From: an uncultured Chloroflexia bacterium
GTDB lineage: Bacteria; Chloroflexota; Anaerolineae; Promineifilales; UBA4811
Assembly: GCA_963695825.1 (NCBI GenBank)
Contig: CAVOHX010000031.1
Coordinates: forward strand, 19,538-83,537
DNA: 64,000 bases
Reading direction: 5' to 3'
The notes under the pieces: model-generated
Databases searched by the model: none
What the model was told of the DNA's origin: nothing
What the model saw: only the letters and a program-made list of their open reading frames with translations
Shown here: positions 9,017 to 18,748 of the stretch, in pieces
Numbering within the stretch: the stretch's first letter is position 1
How the letters are laid out: each line of letters begins with the position of its first letter
Translations under genes and position numbers: made by a program

Positions 9017-9997
9017 ATGCCGCCCTCTACCAGTCCCATCATCGGGGTGGACATGGGGGGCACCAAGATCCTGGCGGCTGTGGTTCGGTCCGATGGGCAC
9101 ATTCTTAGCCGCGCAAAAAGGCGCACCCAGGCCGAAGAGGGCCCGGACGCCATAATCGATCGTATTGCGTCATCTGTTCGTCGGGCGAGCCGAGCGGCCG
9201 GCCTGTCGCTGGCTGAGGTCGGGGCTGTAGGGGTGGGCGCGCCCGGACCGCTGGACCCCGATAGCGGGGTGGTCTTTAACGCGCCCAATCTACCAGGCTG
9301 GCAGGATGTCGAGTTGGGGCGGCGTCTGGGCAAGGCGCTGGGTGTGCCGGTCTTTGTTGACAACGACGTCAATGTAGGCACTCTGGGAGAGCATGCCATG
9401 GGCGCCGGGCGGGGAGTGCGCGACATGGTGGGGATTTTCGTCGGCACGGGGGTCGGTGGGGGGGTCATTCTGGATGGTCGTCTGCGCAGCGGCTTTCGCC
9501 ATGCGGCCGGGGAGGTAGGGCACATGGTAGTGGCTGCCGGCGGCCCCTATTGCGGCTGCGGCCGGCAGGGCTGCCTGGAAGCGGTCGCCAGCCGTACCGC
9601 CATTGAGCGTGATCTGCGCGCCGGAGCAGCGGCCGGTCGTGCGAACTCGATCATGGGGCTGATCGATGCTGATCGCCAGCAGTTGACCAGCGGCATCCTG
9701 GCCAAGGCCTGGCGCGCCAGGTGCCCGTTGACCCGCAAAGTGCTGAGTCGCGCACAGTGGTACCTGGGACTGCACGCTGCCGCAATCGTCAACCTGATTG
9801 ACCCCGAGATGCTGGTCTATGGCGGAGGGCTCGTGGAAGCGCTGGGAGAGAGTTTTCTCGAGCCGGTGCGTGAGGTTGCCCGACAGCACTTTGTCAAGCA
9901 GGGGGGAGACCCGGTGCGGATTGTGGCTGCCCAACTTGGCGACGATGCCGGGGTGCTGGGCGCGGCCGTGATGGCCCGCCGGCGGCAGAGTGGCTGA
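9017..9997 (+). CDS. ROK-family glucokinase
   Basis: Contains IGVDMGGTK, DNDVNVGTLGE, GTGVGGG and the zinc motif GHMVV...CGCGRQGCLE. An alternative TTG start at 9011 overlaps the greA stop. Confidence 0.85.
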   Translation: MPPSTSPIIGVDMGGTKILAAVVRSDGHILSRAKRRTQAEEGPDAIIDRIASSVRRASRAAGLSLAEVGAVGVGAPGPLDPDSGVVFNAPNLPGWQDVELGRRLGKALGVPVFVDNDVNVGTLGEHAMGAGRGVRDMVGIFVGTGVGGGVILDGRLRSGFRHAAGEVGHMVVAAGGPYCGCGRQGCLEAVASRTAIERDLRAGAAAGRANSIMGLIDADRQQLTSGILAKAWRARCPLTRKVLSRAQWYLGLHAAAIVNLIDPEMLVYGGGLVEALGESFLEPVREVARQHFVKQGGDPVRIVAAQLGDDAGVLGAAVMARRRQSG

Positions 9998-10059
9998 CGG
10001 CTAGAACCGCGTGGGGCCAACCTCAAGGGGGCGAGACTCTCGGGGCCGGTTGGCGCCGT

Positions 10060-10088
10060 TTGACAAATGAAATCAGTGGGGCTATATT
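10060..10088 (+). promoter_or_regulatory. Near-consensus sigma-70 promoter for the ABC importer operon
   Basis: TTGACA (10060-10065), 17-nt spacer, TATATT (10083-10088). This leaves a leader of about 150 nt before the GTG at 10246. Confidence 0.6.
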
Positions 10089-10245
10089 CCCGTTGGACTG
10101 GTCTATCGTATGACTGGCTGGTGCAGTTGCTCTTGCAAAAGTGGACCGTGACCCGGTTCTGAGGGGAGGTAATGCGACGAACTGATTTGATCACTCTATT
10201 CCACTCGTGTTTCGATCCGTTTATGCTATTCATTTGGAGGGAGTT

Positions 10246-11274
10246 GTGTTCAAGATAAAATGGTTACTGGGTATCCTTGTTTTGGCGGCGCTCCTGATGT
10301 TGGTCGGCTGCCAGGAGCAGGAGAGCAAGGAGTTGAGCTTGTTGTGCGTGCCCCAGGAGGAGTGGTGCCAGGGGATGAAGCAAGAGTTCGAGGCCGAGTT
10401 TGGCATCACGGTGAACTATGTACGCATGTCCACCGGTGAAGCGCTGGCTCGCCTGGAAGCCGAGCGAGACAACCCCCAGTTTGATATCATGTGGGGCGGT
10501 CCCATCGATACCTATATCTCTGGCAAGGGCGAAGACCTGTTTGTGGCCTACGAGTCCCCCAATTTCAAGAACCTGTTGGACCTGGAAAAGTACAAGGACC
10601 CAGACAACTTTTGGGCAGGCATCTATGTAGGTTCCCTGGGCTTTTGCACCAACTCGGATTGGCTGGCAGCAAATCCTGGCGTTGAAGCGCCAACCTCTTG
10701 GGACGACCTGCTGCGGCCCGAGTTCCAGGGCCAGATTCTGGTCGCGCACCCCTCAACCTCCGGTACTTCATACACTGCCCTGGCTACAGTCTTGCAGATA
10801 CTGGGCGAAGATGCGGGGTGGACCTATCTGCAGCAGTACGCTGGCCAAATGCTACAGTTCACCAAGAGTGGCGCGGCCCCGGCCAAGTTTGTCGGCGTGG
10901 GCGAGGCGGCCGTTGGCATTGTCTTTTCCCACGACATCGTCAAGCAGATTGAGGATGGTCTGCCGCTAGTGCTCAGCTTCCCAGAGGAAGGGACCGGCTA
11001 TGAAATTGGTGGTATGGCCCTGGTCAAGGGAGCCAAGCACATGGATGCGGCCAAAAAGTGGTACGATTGGGCTTTGACGGCCGAGGCGCAGGCGCTGGGC
11101 CCCAAGTACCAGGCATATCAAGCGCCGACCGTCAAGGGCGTGGATCTGGCGTATCCTGAGCTGCTTGAGGTCAACCTAATCACTTACGATTTCCAGTGGG
11201 CGGGTGAGAACAAGAAGGCCTTTGTAGACAAGTTCACCAACGAAATCTCGACGGCCGACAACCTGAAGGAATAG
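10246..11274 (+). CDS. ABC transporter periplasmic-type substrate-binding lipoprotein (Fe(III)/FbpA-AfuA-like family 1 SBP)
   Basis: Lipobox LLMLVGC after a hydrophobic signal peptide. The GTG at 10246 is preceded by GGAGGGA. Its position upstream of a two-domain permease and an ATPase fits the FbpABC layout. The ligand cannot be determined from sequence. Confidence 0.75.
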   Translation: MFKIKWLLGILVLAALLMLVGCQEQESKELSLLCVPQEEWCQGMKQEFEAEFGITVNYVRMSTGEALARLEAERDNPQFDIMWGGPIDTYISGKGEDLFVAYESPNFKNLLDLEKYKDPDNFWAGIYVGSLGFCTNSDWLAANPGVEAPTSWDDLLRPEFQGQILVAHPSTSGTSYTALATVLQILGEDAGWTYLQQYAGQMLQFTKSGAAPAKFVGVGEAAVGIVFSHDIVKQIEDGLPLVLSFPEEGTGYEIGGMALVKGAKHMDAAKKWYDWALTAEAQALGPKYQAYQAPTVKGVDLAYPELLEVNLITYDFQWAGENKKAFVDKFTNEISTADNLKE

Positions 11275-11291
11275 GTTTTTCGTTTTGCATG

Positions 11292-11331
11292 CAGGGGGGC
11301 GGATGAGCGAACTGTTGCTCACCGCCCCCTG
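11292..11331 (+). promoter_or_regulatory. GC-rich intercistronic stem-loop between the SBP and permease genes
   Basis: caggggggcggatgagc pairs with gctcaccgccccctg (about 15 bp, two bulges). There is no U tract, so it is more likely an mRNA-stabilising or processing hairpin than a terminator. Confidence 0.4.
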
Positions 11332-11418
11332 TGAATAGGCAACTGAGCTGCGTGGCGCTGTCCTGGCGCCTGGCGGCGCGGTACCGGTGTTAGAGCCGGC
11401 GCCGCCGCTGGCGGCTCC

Positions 11419-13704
11419 ATGAGGAGTTGTCCAATGGCTGTTTCCCCTACCGAGAGCCCATCATGGCGTGACAACATCGTGAGGCGCTATCGCGAGTTTG
11501 CGTTGATCGCTCGGGATCCGGTGCTGCTGATGAGTCTGTTGGTGGTCGGTAGCTTTTTGGTCGTGTTTGTTTTTTTCCCGCTTTTTCGCGCCATGATCCG
11601 CGGCTTTACTGACAAGAGCGGCGCCATTAGCATCGAGTATTTTGCCCGCTTTGTGGACCCCTATTTTGGCCCGTTTGCGCGCCGGGTCTTTACCAACACG
11701 CTGATAATGGGATTGCTGACGGCCACTGGTGGAACCGTGTTGGGTTTTGTCTTTGCGTATACCATGGTGCGCTGCAATCCGCCGGCCCAGCGTTGGATTC
11801 ACATCCTGGCGTTGGTACCCACTGTGTCTCCGCCCTTTGCCATAGCAATGTCCACCATCTTGCTCTTTGGACGCAACGGCCTGATCTCGCGGCGGATTTT
11901 GGGAATGTCATTCCCACAGGGGGCGAACGACATCTATGGCATGGATGGCATCGTATTTGTCCAAGTCATCACCTTTTTCTCGGTGGCGTATTTGATCATC
12001 CGCGCCATGCTGGAACGGCTGGACCCATCCATGGAGGAAGCAGCCCACAGTTTGGGCGCAACCAAGTGGCACATCTTTCGCACGGTGACGCTACCGCTCC
12101 TGATCCCTGGCTTGGCCGGGTCGTTTCTGTTGCTCTTTGTGGAAGCGCTGGCGGACCTGGGCAACCCTTTGCTCATCTCGGGCAACGTGACGGTGCTGTC
12201 AGCTCAGATCTTTCTCGCCGTGGCGGGTGAGTACGACTATCAAAAGGCTTCGACGCTGGCACTGGTGCTGCTTATCCCGACGCTGGTTGTCTTTTTGGTC
12301 CAGCGCTACTGGGTGAGCCGACGGTCCTATATCTCGGTGACTGGCAAGCCCACAGGCGGTCATATCCTGGTTAGAGAACCCCTAGTCCGTTGGTCGTTCA
12401 TCATCGTCACCTATTTGGTGGTGCTGCTCATCATTGTGCTTTATTTCTCGATCCTGGTTGGTTCGTTCAGCCAGGTATGGGGCATCAATTTTACGCCTAC
12501 GTTGGCCCATTGGAAGCAGATGCTCGGCCGGGGCATTGAGGCGATCTTGGATACGACACTGTTGAGTATCCTGGCTACGCCTGTGGCAAGCTTGTTGGGG
12601 ATGGTGATAGCCTACCTGGTCGTGCGCAAGATGTTTAGCGGCAAAGAGGTGCTGGATTTCGGCTCAAACCTGGGAGCGGCTGTTCCAGGCACCATTCTCG
12701 GCATTGGATTTGTGTTGACCTTTGTCACGCCACCGTGGATTCTGGTGGTGTCGCTCTATGTGCTGTTGGCGTTGTTCCTCGTCCGAACCTTGTTCAGTAC
12801 CCGCCGAGAGCAGTTGATCGTGTTGGGGGCCGCCACCGCCCTGGCGGCCGGCTTGCGCCTTTTGCAAGAGGTAGTGGGTGAATTGGGTATCCTGTATGCA
12901 ATCAGCGGAGTCTTGGTGGCGTTAGGCCTGTTTCATCTGCTGGTGCGCCGCCAAAAGCGCGCCGGGTGGGTTGTCATTGGACTTGGAGGGTACCTGTTTG
13001 CAGGCGACTTGGTCACCTACCTGGCACAACCCATTGCCGCCTTTAGCCTGACCCTGCAGAGTGACGTGGCTGCCAATGGTGTGTACCAGTTTGCTGACTA
13101 TATCAAGGTGTTCTTCCAGGTGCCTCCGCCGTTACTGGCGATTTTGTACGGCTTTGTCGCGGTGTTTCTCGTGCAACGTGCCACCGGCCGGCTGCGATTA
13201 GGGTTGGCTGTGGCCATGTTGGGGCTTGTCGGGGCGCTCTGCTTTGTGGGCGAACCGTTGGCAATCGTCGGCACACCATACATCATCATCGCTGCGTTCG
13301 CTGTGCGCAGCCTGCCGGCCTCGGTGCGGGCTGGGGTTGCAGCGCTGCAACAAATCGATCCGGCCATCGAAGAGGCATCCAACAGTCTGGGTGCAGACTC
13401 GCAATATACCTTTCGCAAGGTGACCATTCCGCTGATCACGCCGGCCTTGCTGGCTGGCCTGATCTTTAGCTTTACGCGACACATGACCAGCTTGTCGGCG
13501 ATCATCTTTCTGGTCAGCTCACGCTGGCGCATCGTGACGGCTTCGATTCTCAGCGAATGGGAGCAGGGAGGTATCAGTTTTGCGGCCGCCTATTCGTCAG
13601 TGATCATCGTGCTGGTTTTGGCCGCTATCGGCGTGTTGTACCTAGTGACCAACAAGATGTTTGCAGGCCGGGGTGATGTTGACCTCAGCCTGGGAGCGCA
13701 ATAG
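11419..13704 (+). CDS. Two-domain ABC transporter permease (FbpB-like), unusually long at 761 aa
   Basis: Two EAA loops are present (MEEAAHSLGATKW and IEEASNSLGADSQ). The second half carries an extra hydrophobic block of about 170 aa. Confidence 0.85.
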   Translation: MRSCPMAVSPTESPSWRDNIVRRYREFALIARDPVLLMSLLVVGSFLVVFVFFPLFRAMIRGFTDKSGAISIEYFARFVDPYFGPFARRVFTNTLIMGLLTATGGTVLGFVFAYTMVRCNPPAQRWIHILALVPTVSPPFAIAMSTILLFGRNGLISRRILGMSFPQGANDIYGMDGIVFVQVITFFSVAYLIIRAMLERLDPSMEEAAHSLGATKWHIFRTVTLPLLIPGLAGSFLLLFVEALADLGNPLLISGNVTVLSAQIFLAVAGEYDYQKASTLALVLLIPTLVVFLVQRYWVSRRSYISVTGKPTGGHILVREPLVRWSFIIVTYLVVLLIIVLYFSILVGSFSQVWGINFTPTLAHWKQMLGRGIEAILDTTLLSILATPVASLLGMVIAYLVVRKMFSGKEVLDFGSNLGAAVPGTILGIGFVLTFVTPPWILVVSLYVLLALFLVRTLFSTRREQLIVLGAATALAAGLRLLQEVVGELGILYAISGVLVALGLFHLLVRRQKRAGWVVIGLGGYLFAGDLVTYLAQPIAAFSLTLQSDVAANGVYQFADYIKVFFQVPPPLLAILYGFVAVFLVQRATGRLRLGLAVAMLGLVGALCFVGEPLAIVGTPYIIIAAFAVRSLPASVRAGVAALQQIDPAIEEASNSLGADSQYTFRKVTIPLITPALLAGLIFSFTRHMTSLSAIIFLVSSRWRIVTASILSEWEQGGISFAAAYSSVIIVLVLAAIGVLYLVTNKMFAGRGDVDLSLGAQ

Positions 13705-13712
13705 GAGTCCCC

Positions 13713-14793
13713 ATGTATTTGGAGCTCGAAAACATTGTCAAGACATTTTCCAGTCGCGGGGGTGTGGGCGAGGTCACGGCCGTCAATGGGGTGTCGCTGG
13801 GCATCAAAGAGGGGGAGTTGGTCACGCTGTTGGGGCCCTCCGGCTGTGGCAAGACGACGACGTTGAGACTCATCGCCGGGTTCGAGTTTCCCACTGAGGG
13901 TCGGATTCTGCTCGATGGGAGTCTCATCAATGACCTACCTCCGCACAAACGCGACATGTCGATGGTTTTCCAGAGTTATGCCATCTTTCCCCATCTGAAT
14001 GTGTATGAGAACGTCGCCTATGGGCTCAACGTGCAGCGTCGGCCCAAGAAGGAGATCGAGGATCGGGTGGCACGTGCTCTGGGGCTGGTCGAGCTGACGG
14101 GGCTGGAGAACCGGGCGCCGAATCAGCTTTCCGGGGGCCAGCAACAGCGAGTGGCTCTGGCGCGGGCGCTGATCATGGAGCCCAAAGTGCTGCTCATGGA
14201 TGAGCCGCTCTCAAACCTGGACGCCAAACTGCGCCTTCAGATGCGCACCGAAATTCGCCGCATTCAACAGCAATTGGGTATTACGAGCGTCTATGTGACC
14301 CACGACCAGGTCGAGGCGATGACCTTATCGGATCGGATCGTCGTAATGAATGACGGGGCGATCGAACAGATCGGCGCTCCCACCGAGGTATACCGCTACC
14401 CGCGCACCCACTTCGTGGCCGACTTTATCGGGCGGGCTAATTTCGTATCGGCCGTGGTCCGCGGGTATGACAAGGACTCGTTGGTGGTGGAAGCTTTGGG
14501 GCAGCAGCTTCCGTTGCTGGATGTGCGGTCGTCAGTAGCCGGCCGGTCAAAGGGTTACCCTGGTGGTGCGGCCTGAGATGATTGGGATCATGGAGCAGGG
14601 AGGGACTTTTAGCGGAGTGGTCCGCCGAGCATCCTACCTGGGCGATGTCACCGATTATGACGTCGAGGTGGAAGGAACATTGTTGACGATAATCGAGACG
14701 GATCCCGCCCAGATGGCGCGGTATGATGAGGGGAGTACTATTCAGTTGATGTTTCGGCTCGACTGCATCCATGTGCTGCCTCAGGTGGAATGA
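13713..14793 (+). pseudogene. ABC transporter ATP-binding protein (FbpC/PotA-like), one frameshift as assembled
   Basis: Walker A GPSGCGKTT, signature LSGGQQQR and Walker B LLMDEP are present. The C-terminal regulatory domain continues in ORF 14563-14793 (VTLVVRPEMIGI...). The frame change localises to the GGG run at 14552-14554. Confidence 0.85.
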
Positions 14794-14830
14794 GCGCACT
14801 GCGATCGAGGCAGAGACCCAGGAGAGAGGC

Positions 14831-15544
14831 ATGAGCGCGAACCAGCCGCTGATCGGCAAACGAGTCCCGGTGCTGGACAAGGGATGGGTAGAGCTTCAGG
14901 ATGTAATGGGGGATGACTTGGCGATTGTCAACGCGGCCCGAGTCTCCTACATGGGCGAGAGCAAGGGAGCGGGCCAGGACAAGAAGTTGCTCTTTTATCT
15001 GCTGCGCAATCGCCACACCTCGCCTTTTGAGCAGGTCGAGTTCAAGTTCCGCGTGCGGGCGCCGGTGCTCGTCTGGTGGCAGTGGGTGCGCCATCGCACC
15101 TGGAACTTTAACGCCCAGAGCGGCCGTTATACGTCCTTTCAGGAGAATGATTTCTACTTTCCCGACGCCTGGCGACAACAGGCGCAGTCCAACAAGCAGA
15201 TGAGCGAGGGCGAGTTGCCGGCAAGCGAGGGAGCTGAATTGACGGCCGCGTTGGCCGAACATTACGAGAGGTCATTCGCGCTCTATGAGGCTGCGCTGCA
15301 ACGGGGCGTGGCCCGCGAGCTGGCGCGCATCTTTTTACCTGGATTCAGTCTGTACTACACATGGGTTGCCAAGGTTGACGCTGACAACCTGATGCACTTT
15401 ATGGACCTGCGCATGGGTCCCCACGCCCAGGACGAAGTTCGGGCCTATGCGAGCGCCATCTACCGCGAGTTCTTTTGCCCCGCGCTTCCCTGGACGGCCG
15501 AAGCATTTGCCAAGTATGTACTGGGCAAGCTGGAGGGCCGGTAG
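14831..15544 (+). CDS. thyX: FAD-dependent thymidylate synthase ThyX
   Basis: ThyX motif RHRTWNFNAQSGRY. Starts MSANQPLIGKRVPVLDKGWVEL, with GGAGAGAGG upstream of the ATG at 14831. Confidence 0.9.
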   Translation: MSANQPLIGKRVPVLDKGWVELQDVMGDDLAIVNAARVSYMGESKGAGQDKKLLFYLLRNRHTSPFEQVEFKFRVRAPVLVWWQWVRHRTWNFNAQSGRYTSFQENDFYFPDAWRQQAQSNKQMSEGELPASEGAELTAALAEHYERSFALYEAALQRGVARELARIFLPGFSLYYTWVAKVDADNLMHFMDLRMGPHAQDEVRAYASAIYREFFCPALPWTAEAFAKYVLGKLEGR

Positions 15545-16492
15545 CCCGGCCCATCTGTCCTCTCTAGAAAGGCGGCGACGGCGCAGCGGGTGTCCTCTAT
15601 ATCGCGCGCTAGCTGATCGACCAGTTGTGCCAAGCCGTCGAACCGTCGCTCATTGCGAATCCGCCCCAGGATATCGAGCTGTATCTCTTGCCCGTACAAA
15701 TCCCCGTCAAAGTCAAGCAGATGGGCCTCGATCGATAGACGCTCTCCACTGGTTACCGTCGGGCGGAACCCGATGTTGACCGCCGCCGGGTAGCAGGTCC
15801 CCTGGACGTAGGCGCAAGCAGCGTACACGCCGCGGCCCGGTAGCGCGTGCTGCTCCCACACCTCCAAGTTCGCTGTCGGGAAACCCATCTGGCGGCCACG
15901 TCCGTCGCCCGGTATCACTCGGCCTGGCAGGCGGAAGGGGCGCCCCAGAAAACGCCGCGCATCCTCTACCCGACCCTCCTGCAGCGCCAGCCGGGTGAGG
16001 GAACTGCTGCACCACGTGGCCCTCAACCGCAAAAAAGTCGATAGAGCGCACGACAAACCCCTTGGCCTCACCCTGCCAGCGCAAAAAGGAGACGTCGCCT
16101 TCACGCTGGTAACCGAGCGCAAAGTCCGGGCCTACCCAGATCTCACGGATGTCCAGGTGCGCCAGCAGCATGTCTACGAAATCTGCCGCCCGGATGAGTC
16201 GCACTTGGTCGTTAAAGGGGTGGGTGATCACCAGGTCAACTCCCAATTGGCCCAGCAAACGCGCCCGTTCCTCGGGCGTTGTGAGGTAGAAATGGGGCTT
16301 GGGAGCGCCCAGTACTTGCCGGGGCAATGGGAAGAATGTGAGCGCTGCCGACCGGTATCCTTGTGATCCGGTGGTCGCAATCAGTTGTTGCAGAACATGT
16401 CGGTGTCCGCGGTGAACCCCATCAAAGGCGCCGATGGCAAGGCAGGTGGGCCGATCCGGCCGGGCGAGGGAGAGGGAATCGAGTTGCTCCAT
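15460..16492 (-). pseudogene. ribF: Bifunctional riboflavin kinase / FMN adenylyltransferase RibF, one frameshift as assembled
   Basis: The N-terminal piece (frame of ORF 15713-16633) has GAFDGVHRGH. The C-terminal piece (ORF 15460-16122) has GRQMGFPTANL. The frame change is near 16008-16010. The ATG at 16492 overlaps the truB stop (TAATG). The 3' tail overlaps thyX by about 85 nt, so the stop position may also be affected by an indel. Confidence 0.85.
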
Positions 16493-17370
16493 TAGCTGTC
16501 TGGCGAAAGAACCTTGTGTGGCAACCATTCTGTTTGATCGGGGGAGGGTTTGATCAGCGCAAAAAACGCCCCCCGGTTGTCGTGCGCGCGGGCCAACTCG
16601 GCCGGTGGGTGGGCAGGGAGGCGGGGGGTGCATCGGCCCTGGCTCAGATCGATCACCGCCTGCGGGTCCAGATCGACGCGGGGCATATCAGCCACCGCCA
16701 CTTCCATCGGATGCAAATAGTTCCGCCAGGTCTCTGGCGTCAGAAGGTCCAACGGGGCAGCATCACCCAACATGAACTTTCCACTCTGGGTGCGCTCCAG
16801 GCGCGTCAGGTGCGCACCACACCCCAGTTGCTGGCCGAGGTCGTGCGCCAGCGAGCGCACATACGTTCCGGCCGAGCATGTCACCTCGAAGGAGAATTTG
16901 GGCGGCGCCCAGTCGGTCAATGCGATATGCGAGATGACCGCCCGGCGCGGCTCGCGCTCGACAGTGATGCCGCGGCGTGCCAGGCGGTGTAGGGGTTGCC
17001 CTCCCTGCTTGATGGCGGAGTACATGGGTGGCACCTGGGCAATGACGCCGCAAAAGCCGCGTAACACGGCCTCCACCGCATGGCGTTCGACCGACACGGT
17101 GCCAGCATGGAGCACACGGCCGTCGGCGTCATAGGTGTCGGTCTCGATCCCCAGGCGCACCGTTGCCCCGTAGCCTTTGTCCGAGCGCATGAGATACTCG
17201 GCCACGCGGGTCGCTTTGCCCACGCAAATCAGCAGAACGCCGGTTGCCATAGGGTCCAACGCGCCAGCGTGTCCGACCTTGCGGATGCCGGTCACCTGCC
17301 GCACCTTGTTGACAACGTCATGGGAGGTCATTCCCGGTGGCTTTTGCAGGTTGAGGATGCCAGAGATCAT
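16492..17370 (-). CDS. truB: tRNA pseudouridine(55) synthase TruB
   Basis: Starts MISGILNLQKPPGMTSHDVV, followed by KVGHAGALDPMATGVL with the catalytic Asp motif. Confidence 0.9.
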   Translation of the reverse strand: MISGILNLQKPPGMTSHDVVNKVRQVTGIRKVGHAGALDPMATGVLLICVGKATRVAEYLMRSDKGYGATVRLGIETDTYDADGRVLHAGTVSVERHAVEAVLRGFCGVIAQVPPMYSAIKQGGQPLHRLARRGITVEREPRRAVISHIALTDWAPPKFSFEVTCSAGTYVRSLAHDLGQQLGCGAHLTRLERTQSGKFMLGDAAPLDLLTPETWRNYLHPMEVAVADMPRVDLDPQAVIDLSQGRCTPRLPAHPPAELARAHDNRGAFFALIKPSPDQTEWLPHKVLSPDS

Positions 17371-18379
17371 GGCGTCTGGTCGTCGGGCCCCAGGGCTGAC
17401 GCCTGCTGACGACGTGTGGCTTTCATCATTGTAACCACGCGCTCGACAACCTCGTCAAGTGGGCCATCGATGGTACAACCAGAGGCGGCCGGATGGCCGC
17501 CTCCGCCCAACTGGAGCGCGATGTTGGCGACGTCAAAGCCCGGTCTTGCGCGAAAACTGGCCTCCACCGGGCCCTCATCACTCTCTACAAAGCTGGCAGC
17601 CATGTCCGCCTCCCAGGCGGTGATCAGCAAGGTGACGATGCTGGCGTCGCCCCTCAACTCGCGGGCAACCGCGCGCCGATCAACTGCGGTGGCTTGTACC
17701 CAGATCACCCCTTGCTCCAGATGAACGGTATCGAGCAGCGGTCCCCAATAACGTATTGCGTCGAAGGATCGGCGGTTGACGGTGCGGCCGGTCACATAGG
17801 CAAGGTCGACTCCCGTCGCCATCAACTCGGCGACCAACTGCATCACGGCCGGCGTGACGTTGGGGGTGCGAAAGCACAAGGTGTCTGTGACCAGACCGGT
17901 CAACAGGCAAAGCGCCAAACCCTGATCCAAATCCACACCCCACGCCCGCGCCAAGTGCGCCAGTACCTGGGTGGTGGCGGCTGTCTCGGGTTGCACCAGG
18001 TTGATTTCGCCAAAGTAGGTGTTGGTGATGTGGTGATCGATGTTTATCACCGGCGGGTGATCGCCGGCGCGGGTTTTTGCCGTCAGGTAGACCTGACCGC
18101 CCCGGCGCTCGTCGCTACAATCGACGATGATTATCAAGTCCGCCGGGCTGTCCAGGGAGGTGGTCACATCGGTCGCCCCAGGCATAAAGTCGTATTTGGC
18201 GGGCACGCCGTCATCACACGCCAGTGTGACGTGCTGTGCCCCCACCTGGCGCAGGATGCGACCGGTTGCCAGCAGTGATCCGATGGCGTCCCCGTCGGGG
18301 CAACATGGGTCACGACAAGGATTCGGCCGGCCCGTTGGATCAGATTCAGGGCCTGCTGGCTGAGGTCGGGGGGGACCAT
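17367..18379 (-). pseudogene. nrnA: DHH/DHHA1 phosphoesterase (NrnA-type oligoribonuclease / pAp phosphatase), one frameshift as assembled
   Basis: ORF 18164-18379 (RILVVTHV) joins ORF 17367-18245. Restoring one base in the G run at 18297-18300 gives VAPDGDAIGSLLA. DHH and GGGH motifs are present. Confidence 0.8.
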
Positions 18380-18387
18380 GGGGTGAG

Positions 18388-18745
18388 CTATTCTTCCTCG
18401 TCGCCGAGATTCAACCCATCCAGCAAGCGAGCCACCCGTTCGCCGCGTTCCAGCGACGGATCCCAGTGGAACCGAAGTTCTGGTGCTCGCCGCAGTTGAA
18501 TCCGCGCGCCGATCTGGCCGCGCAGGAATCCCTTGGCATGCTCCAGGGCATCCAATACCTCGTGGCGGCGATCCTCATCCCCCATGGCGTTGACATAGAT
18601 ATCTGCGTATGCCAGGTCTCGGTCGATGGTCACGTCGGTGACGGTGATCAATGCCAGGCGGGGATCCTTGGTTTCGTGCAGGAACAGCTCGCCCAGCTCA
18701 GCGCGAATCCGATCCGCAACCCGTTTCTGTCGAATCGTGCGCCAT
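18388..18745 (-). pseudogene. rbfA: Ribosome-binding factor A, frameshift near the 5' end as assembled
   Basis: The main frame gives RQKRVADRIRAELGELFLHETKDPRLALITVTDVTI. The only plausible ATG (18745-18743) is out of frame by 1 nt near 18730. Confidence 0.8.
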
Positions 18746-18748
18746 GAC

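Noticed and set aside
10089-10245. TPP riboswitch upstream of the ABC importer (CTGAGG / ACCCGG / GAACTGAT-like strings).
   Set aside because: The motifs occur in the wrong order and spacing relative to the TPP aptamer consensus (GGGGUGC...CUGAGA...ACCC...GAACCUGAUC...). No P1-P5 pairing could be drawn.
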